A stretch of DNA of 25,928 bases, from assembly GCA_040752415.1 (NCBI GenBank), contig JBFMGU010000152.1, positions 1-25,928 of the forward strand. The letters run 5' to 3'. Positions 16,195 to 24,932 of this stretch are shown one piece after another. The first letter of the stretch is position 1. Each line of letters opens with the position of its first letter. A program made the translations under genes and the position numbers. The notes under the pieces are model-generated. The model did not search any database. It was not told the origin of the DNA and worked only from the letters and a program-made list of their open reading frames with translations. This stretch comes from Myxococcota bacterium (lineage in GTDB: Bacteria > Myxococcota > JACRCW01).

Positions 16195-16626
16195 GTGGAG
16201 CTCAAGGACATCACACATGGCCCCCTGTCCGTGCGCGCACCGGCCGGCTGGCGCGACATCACCGACGAGGTGGGGACGGAAAACGTGCCCTTCACCCTGG
16301 CGCGCGGGCTGGGCGCCCTGCAGCTCTCGCTGGGTCAACCGCAGTCCGGCCCGCCGCGCGCGCCCTCCGAGCAGGAGCTGCTGATGATGTGCCTGGAGAT
16401 CGGGAGGCAGCGCGGACTGGAGGCGCCGCTGGAGCACCGCGTGGACCAGCAACCGCAGCTGCGCGCCTCCGTGAGCTACCGCGCCGACGACGCGTTTGTG
16501 CGCCTGTGGACGGTATTCACCGGGAAACACTTCGTGGCGGCGAGCTACGTGTGTGACTGGCAGGACCGCGACGCCGAGGTGATGGAGACCGAGCTGGTGG
16601 TGTCGTCGGTGCGGGTGCGGGTGTGA
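16195..16626 (+). CDS. Hypothetical protein (possible PsbP/DcrB-like fold)
   Basis: GAGGAG SD followed by GTG at 16195. The pattern SVRAPAGWRD...LVVSSVRV is reminiscent of PsbP/DcrB-like proteins. Confidence 0.6.
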   Translation: MELKDITHGPLSVRAPAGWRDITDEVGTENVPFTLARGLGALQLSLGQPQSGPPRAPSEQELLMMCLEIGRQRGLEAPLEHRVDQQPQLRASVSYRADDAFVRLWTVFTGKHFVAASYVCDWQDRDAEVMETELVVSSVRVRV

Positions 16627-16629
16627 TGG

Positions 16630-19600
16630 TCAGGGAATGGGCGTGGCGATCACGTTGGCCTTGGTGACGTCGAACTGCAGGCCGCTGTTGGTGCTCTTGA
16701 TGGGGTTGCTGAAGGTGCGGGTGGCGCCCTGGACGGCGCTGCACTGCGTGCCCGACCACACCGCGTCCGCCACGAAGCACCAGCCGTCCACCGGGATGTC
16801 CTCACAGCGGTAGCGCTTGAAGCCCACGCCCTTGCAATACACCTCCACCTCGACGTCCACGCTCTGCTTGCCCGCCGGGGCCACGCCCCGCACGTTGCCC
16901 GTGAAGCCGTCGGCGGTCTGCACCACCGGCTCACCGTAGTAGTGCACGGCCACGGTGTAGTGGTCGGCGGGGAAGTTGGCGGGACGCTTGATGGAGACGT
17001 TCTCCGGCGTGCACACCGTGTTGCCCTGCGCGTCCTGGTAGCAGCCGCGACGGTTGTCGATGTCCAGCTTGGGATTGGCGTCCGCGCTGAACGTCCCGCC
17101 GTTGGTAAACGGGAAGCTGGTGGACCACGACTGGCCCTGCGTGGTCACGCCACTGATGTTCACGTCCTGGTTCCACGTCAGCGTGTCCTGCACGCACGTG
17201 GGCTGGCCGGGCACGGTGACGGTGCACGCGTTGCAGTTGCCGTAGTGGCAGTCCGGGAGGGCGCGCGCATCCTCGGCGTCGTAGCAGCTGTACACCTGGC
17301 TGTAGGCGTTGAAGCAGCTGTTGGAATTGGCGGGGCCCCAGTTGAAGGAGAAGAAGTAGTCCTGCGCGTTGACCTCGGCGATGGGGTGCAGCACGTGCAG
17401 GTCCACGTCCACCGCGTCAAACATCACGAGCTGCGCGTTGAAGTCCTCGTCGGGGCCGGCCACCGTGAAGCTGACCGTGCAGTTCTGCTCCGACGCGCCC
17501 ACCTGGGTGAGACGCACGCGCAGGGTGTAGTCGCCGCGCACCACCGGAGAGAAGGTCACGGTCGTCGTCGTGGCGCCCTGGAGGGCGAGGCTGTTGGCGC
17601 TGGGCTCCGCCTCCACCGACCAGAGCACGCTGTACGTACCCGGCACCGCGCCGGACACCGTGGCGGTCAGCGTGATGGTGTCCAGGATGCGCTTGCCCAC
17701 CGGCGGCGCGGGACAGGCCAGGGAGCCAAAGCCCTCGTCGGTGAAGCCGTTGCAGTCGTTGTCACGACCATCCGCCGCCACTTCGGCGTGACCGGTGTAG
17801 GAGGTCGCATCGTTGTCGTCGCAGTCGTCACCGCCGCAGGTCACAGGGAAGTGGCCGTCGGAATCCGCGTCGAGCGGGCGGCTGCCGCAGCCGGTGGCGG
17901 GGTCGCAGAAGCCCACGTGGCACGCGTCCACCGCCGGACACTCGAAGGGCGAGGCCGGTCCCACACAGCCCTGCCCCACCACGCAACGCTCCGCGCCATT
18001 GCACGCGTTCTGGTCCTGGCACACGTCATGGTCCGTGGTCACGCCGGGCACGCCCGCGGTGCAGGTCTCCGTGGCGCAGGCAAACCCGTCGTCGGTGGGC
18101 AGGTCGGCGTCATCCACCGCGCTGACCACCGCGAGGCCCTGACAGACCTCCTTGTGGCAATCACCACCGCCGAGCTGGGCCGGTACCGCGGTGGGGTCCG
18201 CGTCGTGGATGCAGTCCAGGATGACGTCGCAGGTGTCCAGGGAGCACACGTTCCCGTCGTCGCAGCGGGCGCTGACCGGGTTATGCGTCACCGTGCCGGT
18301 GGCGGGGTCGCACACGTCATCCGTGCAGCCAACCTGGTCATCGACGAGCGGCGCCACGCCGGGAAGACAGATGCCACCGGCGAGCACGTCGCACAGCTCG
18401 AAACCGTTGCACAGCGTGCCATCCTGGCACCCGAGATCGTCGCGACAATCCTGCACCTGCACACACACGCCGGAGAGGCACGCCTGGTCCAACGGACAAT
18501 CCGCCGACGTGGTGCAGGTATCATTGCGCGCGCAGGTGCCGGCCTCGCAGTGCTGCTCGCGGGGGCATTCCGCGTCGGTGCTGCACGCGGGATTGGGCTC
18601 ACAGCGACCGGCCACACAGCGCTCGCTCGTCGTGCACTGGGTGTCGCTGGTGCACTGCGGGCCCTGGGTGCACACGCCGCCCTGGCAGAACTGGGAGGCG
18701 GGGCAATCACCGTGGTCCTGGCACGCGCCGTTGTCCGTGCACACGCCGTTCACGCAGGACTGCGCGGCCGGGCACTGGCTGTCCTCCGTGCAGGACGGAT
18801 TCCGACGACACACGCCATCCACGCAGCTCTCACTGGCCGAGCAGTCCGCGTCAAACGCGCAGGGCGGGTTGCGCGAGCAGACCCCGGAGACACAGCTCTT
18901 GTCCGACGGACAATCCGCATCCACCGTGCACGCCGGGTTGTTGTGACACACGCCCGCGACGCAGGTCTGGGAGAGGGCGCAGTCGGAGTTGTCGGTGCAG
19001 CCGCCGTTGCGCGTGCAGGTGCCGGACACGCAGGACTGGGTGGCGGGGCAGTCGGCGTTGTCGTCGCAGGAGGGGTTGGCGACGCAGTAACCACCCTGGC
19101 AGCCCTGGTTGGGCGCGCAGTCTTCCGCGCTCGAGCAGGTGGGGTTGAACGTGCAGACGCCGTTCACGCAGGTCTGCTGCGGAGTGCAGTCGCCGTTGTC
19201 GTCGCAGGTGTTGTTGCGGGTGCAGGTGCCGTTCACGCAGGCCTGTGTGGCCGGGCAGTCGGTGTTGACACTGCAGGACGGGTTGTCGACGCAGCGGCCG
19301 TCGGCGCAGTGTGCATTCGCGGCGCAGTCCGAGTCCGCGGAGCAGGAAGGGATGTCCTGGCACGCGCCATCCACGCACGCTTTCCCGGCGCCGCACTCCC
19401 CGTCGGAAGCACAGCTCTCACAGCTCCCGTCGCGACACACCTGGCCATTGGCGCAGTCACCGTTCTCTTGACACTCCACCTGGCAGTTTCCGTCGCGACA
19501 CACCAGCCCGTCCGCGCACTGCCCGTCGTCGGTGCAATCGGCGCACGCGCCGGAAACGCAGACCCTTCCGTCGGTGCAGTCCGCGTCATCACGGCACCCG

Positions 19601-20019
19601 GCGACGCACACTCCGGACACGCACACTTCCCCGCTGGGGCAGTTCTCGTCGGAGGCGCAGGGGGTGCCTGGCGCGCAGGTCCCGTCGGCGCAGTGCTGTC
19701 CCGTCGTGCAGTCGTTGTGGGTGGCGCAGCTGGGGCGACACACGCCCGCCGCGCAGTGCTCACCTTCCGCGCAGTCGTTGGAGGAGCTGCACACCGTGCC
19801 GGGAATGCATGCACCGCGCACGCATTCCGAGCCCGCCGGGCAGCCGTCGTTGTTGACGCACTCGGAGGCGCACAGGCCATCCTCGCAGTGCTCCGTCGTC
19901 GTGCAGTCCGCGTCCGTGACACATGACGTCGCGGTGTCCTCGTCGCCCGCGTAGTTGTTGGCGCACGCGCTGCTCAACCACAGAAGGGCGCCCAGAGCCC
20001 GGATCCACTGCCGTTCCAT
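16630..20019 (-). CDS. Large Cys-rich repeat surface lipoprotein with a putative metal-binding (MopE-like) motif, an Ig-like domain and a C-terminal YfaP-like domain
   Basis: Lipobox LSSAC and GGAGG SD. It has 22 four-Cys repeats, CTDD-type repeats, the motif DADSDGH...DCDDNDAT...EVAADGRDNDCNGFTDEG, and DVDLHVLHP...PKLDIDNRRG...PENVSI. Confidence 0.88.
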   Translation of the reverse strand: MERQWIRALGALLWLSSACANNYAGDEDTATSCVTDADCTTTEHCEDGLCASECVNNDGCPAGSECVRGACIPGTVCSSSNDCAEGEHCAAGVCRPSCATHNDCTTGQHCADGTCAPGTPCASDENCPSGEVCVSGVCVAGCRDDADCTDGRVCVSGACADCTDDGQCADGLVCRDGNCQVECQENGDCANGQVCRDGSCESCASDGECGAGKACVDGACQDIPSCSADSDCAANAHCADGRCVDNPSCSVNTDCPATQACVNGTCTRNNTCDDNGDCTPQQTCVNGVCTFNPTCSSAEDCAPNQGCQGGYCVANPSCDDNADCPATQSCVSGTCTRNGGCTDNSDCALSQTCVAGVCHNNPACTVDADCPSDKSCVSGVCSRNPPCAFDADCSASESCVDGVCRRNPSCTEDSQCPAAQSCVNGVCTDNGACQDHGDCPASQFCQGGVCTQGPQCTSDTQCTTSERCVAGRCEPNPACSTDAECPREQHCEAGTCARNDTCTTSADCPLDQACLSGVCVQVQDCRDDLGCQDGTLCNGFELCDVLAGGICLPGVAPLVDDQVGCTDDVCDPATGTVTHNPVSARCDDGNVCSLDTCDVILDCIHDADPTAVPAQLGGGDCHKEVCQGLAVVSAVDDADLPTDDGFACATETCTAGVPGVTTDHDVCQDQNACNGAERCVVGQGCVGPASPFECPAVDACHVGFCDPATGCGSRPLDADSDGHFPVTCGGDDCDDNDATSYTGHAEVAADGRDNDCNGFTDEGFGSLACPAPPVGKRILDTITLTATVSGAVPGTYSVLWSVEAEPSANSLALQGATTTTVTFSPVVRGDYTLRVRLTQVGASEQNCTVSFTVAGPDEDFNAQLVMFDAVDVDLHVLHPIAEVNAQDYFFSFNWGPANSNSCFNAYSQVYSCYDAEDARALPDCHYGNCNACTVTVPGQPTCVQDTLTWNQDVNISGVTTQGQSWSTSFPFTNGGTFSADANPKLDIDNRRGCYQDAQGNTVCTPENVSIKRPANFPADHYTVAVHYYGEPVVQTADGFTGNVRGVAPAGKQSVDVEVEVYCKGVGFKRYRCEDIPVDGWCFVADAVWSGTQCSAVQGATRTFSNPIKSTNSGLQFDVTKANVIATPIP
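18463..19923 (-). repeat. Intragenic array of 22 tandem C-x5-C-x5-C-x4-C units (~20-23 aa period)
   Basis: Counted from CVTDADCTTTEHCEDGLC to CTTSADCPLDQACLSGVC in the translation. Confidence 0.85.
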
Positions 20020-20154
20020 CGACCGCCTCCCAGGCCCTCCGCGGGGCCGGAAGAGGTATCGCCGTCGGCATCAGCTTGTTGTTGTAGGTATTTCTCCTAC
20101 GCGATTTTTTCGCGCCAGAGGCCCCTGGAAGCCCCTCCAATGCACGCAACCATC

Positions 20155-21549
20155 TCAGGGGCCGGTTTTGGCCGCGCCATCCCCAGAGCCAGCCTTGGCG
20201 CCAACCAGCGCGTTATACGCGGCCTGCAACCAGGCGTCGTTCTGCAGGGAACCCTCCTGGCCGCGACGGGGATAGGTGCCCGGTTCCAGGGGGTGGTCGG
20301 GCTGGATTCCGGAGCCCACGCCGGTGCCCTTGGCGGTGGTGAAATGCGCGCTGGTGATCTTCAGGTAGCCGCCGCCTTCAATGGGAAGGAGCTTCTGCAC
20401 GCTCCCCTTGCCGTAGCTGGGGCTGCCCCACAGCGGGGTGTTGAGTCGCTCGCGCAGCACGAGGGCCAACAGCTCACTGGAGCTGGCGGTGCGTCCATCC
20501 AGGATCACGGCGAGCGGCATGCCTTCGCCCGGATCCCCCGGCTTGGCGTCGAAGCGCTGCGCCGGACGGTCGGGGCGACCGGACACGACGGCGGTGGCGC
20601 CACGAGGAATGAACAGGTCGGCCAGCTCCATGGCGTCGGCCACCTGACCGCCGCCGTTGCCACGCAGGTCCAGGATGGCACCGCGCACGCCCTTCTCACG
20701 CTGGAGCGCCTCCCGCACCGCCGGCGTGGCCCCGCCGAGGAGCGGACCGGGCACCACGTGCAGCACGTCGCCCAGGCGGCGGATCTGCGGGTGCAGCGCG
20801 TAGGGCGGATCCCGACGCAACGCCACCGTGCTGAGCTCCCCGCCCTCGGGCTTCTCCACGACGAGCGAGATGGCGCTCCCCGCCTGCCCGAGCAGCAGCG
20901 CGCCCAGCTCCCCCAGGCACAGTCCGTCGACGTTGTGGCTGTCCACCCGACGCAGCACCAGCCCCGGCGCCAATCCCGCCGACGCCGCGCTGCTCCCCGG
21001 CGCCACGGTCCGCACGATCATGCGCTCGCCGTCGAGGGTGAAGTCCACGCCGGGGTCACCGAGCAGCTCACCCTCGGAGTAGCCCAGGCGCTGCACGAAG
21101 GCGGGCTTGAGGTACGCGCTGTGCCGGTCGCCCAGGGCGTTGACCACCGCGGCGGCCACGGCGTCGTCGATCTCCACGCGGGAGAGCTTGGGCGCGGCGA
21201 GCTCCTCGGCCCCCTCGAGCGCGGCCGCCACCTCGCTGTCGGTGAGCATCTCCCCGACGTGGATGGTGAGCTTCCGCCCGTGCGCACTCACCGTGACGGT
21301 GCCCGGCGGCTCCTCCTTGAACGAGGTCCCCGGCGCCAGGCGCATCAGCGCAAGCAGGCCGCCACGCAGCACCACCGCGCGCGAGACCTCACCCGCGTAG
21401 CTGGCGCTCATGCCCTGGACCACCTGGCGGGTGCGCGGGAGTCGAGCGGAGGCGGAGACGGCGGCGCTTGGCGTCGAGACGAGGGCCCAGACGAGCGTGC
21501 ACGCGGTGAGGGAATGCCAGGGCCTGAGGCGTCGGAAGGACGGGCGCAC
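20155..21549 (-). CDS. S41 family C-terminal processing peptidase (CtpA/Prc-like) with PDZ domain
   Basis: PDZ-like VAPGSSAASAGL, plus ILDLRGNGGG, TASSSELL (catalytic Ser) and SYGKGSVQ (catalytic Lys). The start is uncertain: GTG 21549 gives a plausible signal peptide, but the frame is open to 21807. Confidence 0.9.
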   Translation of the reverse strand: MRPSFRRLRPWHSLTACTLVWALVSTPSAAVSASARLPRTRQVVQGMSASYAGEVSRAVVLRGGLLALMRLAPGTSFKEEPPGTVTVSAHGRKLTIHVGEMLTDSEVAAALEGAEELAAPKLSRVEIDDAVAAAVVNALGDRHSAYLKPAFVQRLGYSEGELLGDPGVDFTLDGERMIVRTVAPGSSAASAGLAPGLVLRRVDSHNVDGLCLGELGALLLGQAGSAISLVVEKPEGGELSTVALRRDPPYALHPQIRRLGDVLHVVPGPLLGGATPAVREALQREKGVRGAILDLRGNGGGQVADAMELADLFIPRGATAVVSGRPDRPAQRFDAKPGDPGEGMPLAVILDGRTASSSELLALVLRERLNTPLWGSPSYGKGSVQKLLPIEGGGYLKITSAHFTTAKGTGVGSGIQPDHPLEPGTYPRRGQEGSLQNDAWLQAAYNALVGAKAGSGDGAAKTGP

Positions 21550-21736
21550 GAGCCACAGCCTAGCGCGACCCGGCGCACGGGCAATGTCCCCGGCCGCGCT
21601 CGGCGCAAAGAATGCCCACGTGCGTCCCCGGGTCGGAAATGGGCTTGAAAAGGCGAGGCGGGCGTGGTTCACCGTCCCTCCCCACGGTAGGGTTCGCGCG
21701 CCTTTGCTCCGGGTCACGGTGCACGGCGTGGAGTGA

Positions 21737-23011
21737 GTGGAAATGGCCGGAAAGAAAAAGCGCAGCGTCAGCGTGTCAGCACACGGCGTCTCCCGAAAGC
21801 CACGCAAGCCCCTGGACCATGAGGCCAGCGGCGGGAAGCACAGTGAGTGGGAGCGCGCGTTCTGGCGTTACTCCGCCGTGCTCTCCGTCATGGGCGTGCT
21901 GTACTTCGTCTACAACAACCACCCGTACTACCTGCGCCCGCAGTTCAATCCGGCCGGGGCCGTCGGTTGGCGCCAGTTCTACAACTTTGGCTTTGCGCTG
22001 TGGTTCTTCCTCGGGCTGCCCTATGTGATCGTGACGCGTCGGAGGTTTGGCGGGGTGCGGATGGACCTCACCGACGGCGCGGTGCACTACCTGCTGCTCT
22101 TCCGCGGCGTGTTCTACTGGATCTTCGAGGGATGCCGCTGGCCGCGCCACATTTGGAGCAACCGGCGCATGCGCATCACGGTGCTTTCGCTGGGCGTCAA
22201 GGCGTTCTTTACGCCGTTGATGACCATCTTCATGGCGGAGCATGCGGTCCGCATCAAGGACATGTGGTTCCGGAACAAGGGCGTGGCGCTCCCCACCAAT
22301 GACCTGCTCGCCAGCCTGAACGCGGGAGGCGTGGATGCGTGGCTCAATTATCTGAAAGAAACCGTCCCGCAGCTCTTGCCAACGTTCCAGGGGTTCTTGC
22401 AGTCCATCAACGTCCTAGGCTGGTCGCGACGTGACTTCGACTGGCACACGGATTTCTACTACCAACTGCTCTTCTTCGTGGACTGCATCTGGGCGCTGAC
22501 AGGCTACGCGGCGGAGAGCCGGTGGCTGGGCAACAAGACCAAGAGCGTGGAGCCCACCGGCTTCGGCTGGATGGTGGCGCTGATGTGCTATCCACCGTTC
22601 AACGACGTCAGCGGTACGTATTTCCCACTTGGTCGTAATGCGGGCTGGCAAATCATCACCGACCCGTACGTGTTGGGGGTTTTCAAGATCCTCACGCTGG
22701 CGGCATTCACCATCTACGTGTGGGCCACGCTGGCGTTCGGCCCCACGTTCTCCAACCTGACCAACCGCGGCATCATCACCCGTGGCCCCTACGCATGGAT
22801 TCGACACCCGGCTTACGCGTGCAAGAACTTTGCGTGGTGGATGGAGTACCTGCCGTACTGCGCGGGCGGTCATAACCTGCTGCCACTGATCATCTGGAAC
22901 ATCATCTACGGGCTGCGTGGCTGGACGGAGGAGCGCCACCTGAGCCGCGACCCGGCCTACCGCGAGTACAAGAAGAAGGTCCGCTGGGCCGCCATCCCCG
23001 GCATCTTCTGA
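21737..23011 (+). CDS. Polytopic membrane protein with a C-terminal isoprenylcysteine carboxyl methyltransferase (ICMT/PEMT)-like domain
   Basis: IITRGPYAWIRHPAY and EERHLSRDPAYREYKKKVRWAAIPGIF motifs, with multiple TM helices. Alternative start ATG 21743. Confidence 0.85.
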   Translation: MEMAGKKKRSVSVSAHGVSRKPRKPLDHEASGGKHSEWERAFWRYSAVLSVMGVLYFVYNNHPYYLRPQFNPAGAVGWRQFYNFGFALWFFLGLPYVIVTRRRFGGVRMDLTDGAVHYLLLFRGVFYWIFEGCRWPRHIWSNRRMRITVLSLGVKAFFTPLMTIFMAEHAVRIKDMWFRNKGVALPTNDLLASLNAGGVDAWLNYLKETVPQLLPTFQGFLQSINVLGWSRRDFDWHTDFYYQLLFFVDCIWALTGYAAESRWLGNKTKSVEPTGFGWMVALMCYPPFNDVSGTYFPLGRNAGWQIITDPYVLGVFKILTLAAFTIYVWATLAFGPTFSNLTNRGIITRGPYAWIRHPAYACKNFAWWMEYLPYCAGGHNLLPLIIWNIIYGLRGWTEERHLSRDPAYREYKKKVRWAAIPGIF

Positions 23012-23085
23012 CGACGAAGCACTCGAGCACCGCATCCGGACAACGTGTTGTCGGCGGCGGTGGCCGTGCTCCCCGCTTCACGGTC

Positions 23086-23439
23086 ATGGAAGAGCAGCAA
23101 CGGCTTTTCTATGATGGACTCATCTTGAGGTCCGTGAATGCGGCGTGTCGGGCCGCGCTGGAGGAACTGATGCGGCAGGGACAGCTTGGAGAGCTCAGCG
23201 ACCTCGAGGAGAAGTGGCTCCACCAAGGCGAGCAGCGGGGAAGGCAGCGGGGGCGTGAGGAGGGGCGCGCGGAGGCTCTTTCCGGCGCCGTGCTCAAGGT
23301 GCTGGAGGCCCGCGGACTGGGCCCGTCCGAGGAGATGCGGGCGCGCGTTCTCGCATGTCGTGACGCAACGTTGCTCGATCTCTGGCTCGCCCGTGCGGTC
23401 ACGGCACGCACGTTGGACGAGGTCTTCCAGCCTCACTGA
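23086..23439 (+). pseudogene. C-terminal fragment of an Rpn/YhgA-like (PD-(D/E)XK transposase-like) protein
   Basis: GEQRGRQRGREEGRAEAL...VLEARGL...RVLACRDATLLDLWLARAVTARTLDEVF is the typical C-terminal tail. No nuclease domain is present. Confidence 0.6.
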
Positions 23440-23569
23440 CGTCTGGTCCGCGCTCCAATCTCCCGCTCCAGATCCCCACGGTTCCTGGCAACCGGACGAC
23501 GCCGTCCACCGCGTACGTGGTGCGCACCGGGTTGGCACAACTCACGGAGTCGAGGGACCATCTCACGCC

Positions 23570-24382
23570 GTGGCGGCTCCCCAGACGTCGGCCAGCGCAA
23601 CATCCCGTCGCCCGGCCTCGGGCGAGGTGGACACGCGACCATGGTGGCTCAAGCTGTGGCACACCTTCGTCGCGTTCTTTCGCGTGAGCCATCCGCCGGT
23701 GTTCAGCCCCGAAGTGGACATCCAGTTGCTGCTGGCCCACGAGCGACGCATGAAGCTCCATCACGCCCGCACCACCGAGGCGGTCTTCCTCCAGGTGCTG
23801 CTCGAGGATCAGCGCTTCGTCGCGATCCTGACGAGGAGGAACACGGACGTGGAGTCGCTGCGCGAGGACTTGAAGGAGCTCGTGGCGGGAATGTCCACGG
23901 TCCGCGACCCGCCCTCCGACGTCCGCTACGATGATGTCCTGCCGCTCATCCTGCGCGAGGCCTGGGTGGTCGCCGTCCACGAGGGAAAGCGTGAAGCCGG
24001 GCTGGCCCACGTGGCGCAGGCCTTCGCCACCCGACCGGAGTCCCAGGCCGGCGGAGTGATGGTGGCGCGGGGATACGGTCAGGCGACCCGGCCACGCGGG
24101 AGAGCGCCGCAGGCACCGCGCTTCGACGTCGTGCTCCACAATGACGACGTGACAACGATGGACTTCGTGATTCGTCTGCTGATGGAGGAATGCGGCTTCT
24201 CGCACGTCACCGCAGCCAGCCTCACCCTGGGAGTCCACTCGCGCGGCAGAGCCGCCGTCAGGTCATTCCCGACGGAGGCAGAGGCGCGGGAGCTGTGGGA
24301 GCGCGTCCAGCGGTCCATCGCTCGCGAGGGCTTCCCGCTCGTCGTCACCGTGGAGCAGTGGCCCAGGTCGGAGGTGCACTGA
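23570..24382 (+). CDS. Fusion of a ClpA-type N-terminal (Clp repeat) domain and a ClpS adaptor domain
   Basis: C-terminal ClpS signature FDVVLHNDDVTTMDFVIRLL...VHSRGRA...GFPLVVTVE. It is preceded by FSPEVDIQLLLAHERRMKLHH...LQVLLED...DVESLREDL...ILREA...GKREAGLAHVAQA...PESQA, which resembles the ClpA N-domain. Start uncertain (GTG 23570 or 23627). Confidence 0.8.
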   Translation: MAAPQTSASATSRRPASGEVDTRPWWLKLWHTFVAFFRVSHPPVFSPEVDIQLLLAHERRMKLHHARTTEAVFLQVLLEDQRFVAILTRRNTDVESLREDLKELVAGMSTVRDPPSDVRYDDVLPLILREAWVVAVHEGKREAGLAHVAQAFATRPESQAGGVMVARGYGQATRPRGRAPQAPRFDVVLHNDDVTTMDFVIRLLMEECGFSHVTAASLTLGVHSRGRAAVRSFPTEAEARELWERVQRSIAREGFPLVVTVEQWPRSEVH

Positions 24383-24403
24383 AGGAGCGCGGATTGCCTG
24401 CGC

Positions 24404-24913
24404 TCAAACCCTTCCGCCACCCGGCCGTCCCGGCGGCGGCCCCCGACGAATGCCGCTGTCCGGCATCACCCCGCCCTGCCCATGGCGCTGGAACTCACCC
24501 ACGCCGCCCTTCTCGGGCACCATGGCGGTGACCTCCACCTCCACCTTGGCGCCTGGCTCGAGGAGGTCGCGCACCACGACGAGGGTCATGGCCGGGACGT
24601 GCTTGCCCACGAACGTGCGATACGCGCCGCCAATGGCTTCGATCTGCTTGAGGTACTCGTTCTTGTCGGTGACGTAGATGGTCATCCGCAGGATGCAGTC
24701 CGGGGTGCCGCCCGCGTTCTTGAGCACGCTGCCCACGTTCTTGAGCGCCTGGCGGAACTGGGTGGCCACGTCGTCGCCCACCATCTTTCCGGTGCCGTCC
24801 CAACCAATCTGACCGGAGATGCACAGCACCTTGCCGCCGCCCTCCGAGATGACGCCGTGGGAATAGCCCTTGGGAACCGGGAGCTCCGTGGGGTTGATCA
24901 TCCTGTGGCGCAT
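24404..24913 (-). CDS. Rid (YjgF/YER057c/UK114) family protein
   Basis: PKGYSHGV, ISGQIG, ALKNVGSVLKNAG and PAMTLV...KVEVEVTA motifs. GGAGGG SD. Confidence 0.9.
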   Translation of the reverse strand: MRHRMINPTELPVPKGYSHGVISEGGGKVLCISGQIGWDGTGKMVGDDVATQFRQALKNVGSVLKNAGGTPDCILRMTIYVTDKNEYLKQIEAIGGAYRTFVGKHVPAMTLVVVRDLLEPGAKVEVEVTAMVPEKGGVGEFQRHGQGGVMPDSGIRRGPPPGRPGGGRV

Positions 24914-24932
24914 GGAACGTGTCCCTCCTGGT

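Noticed and set aside
16942..19926. 994-aa plus-strand ORF
   Set aside because: Antisense shadow of the Cys-repeat lipoprotein. Its periodicity just mirrors the real repeats.
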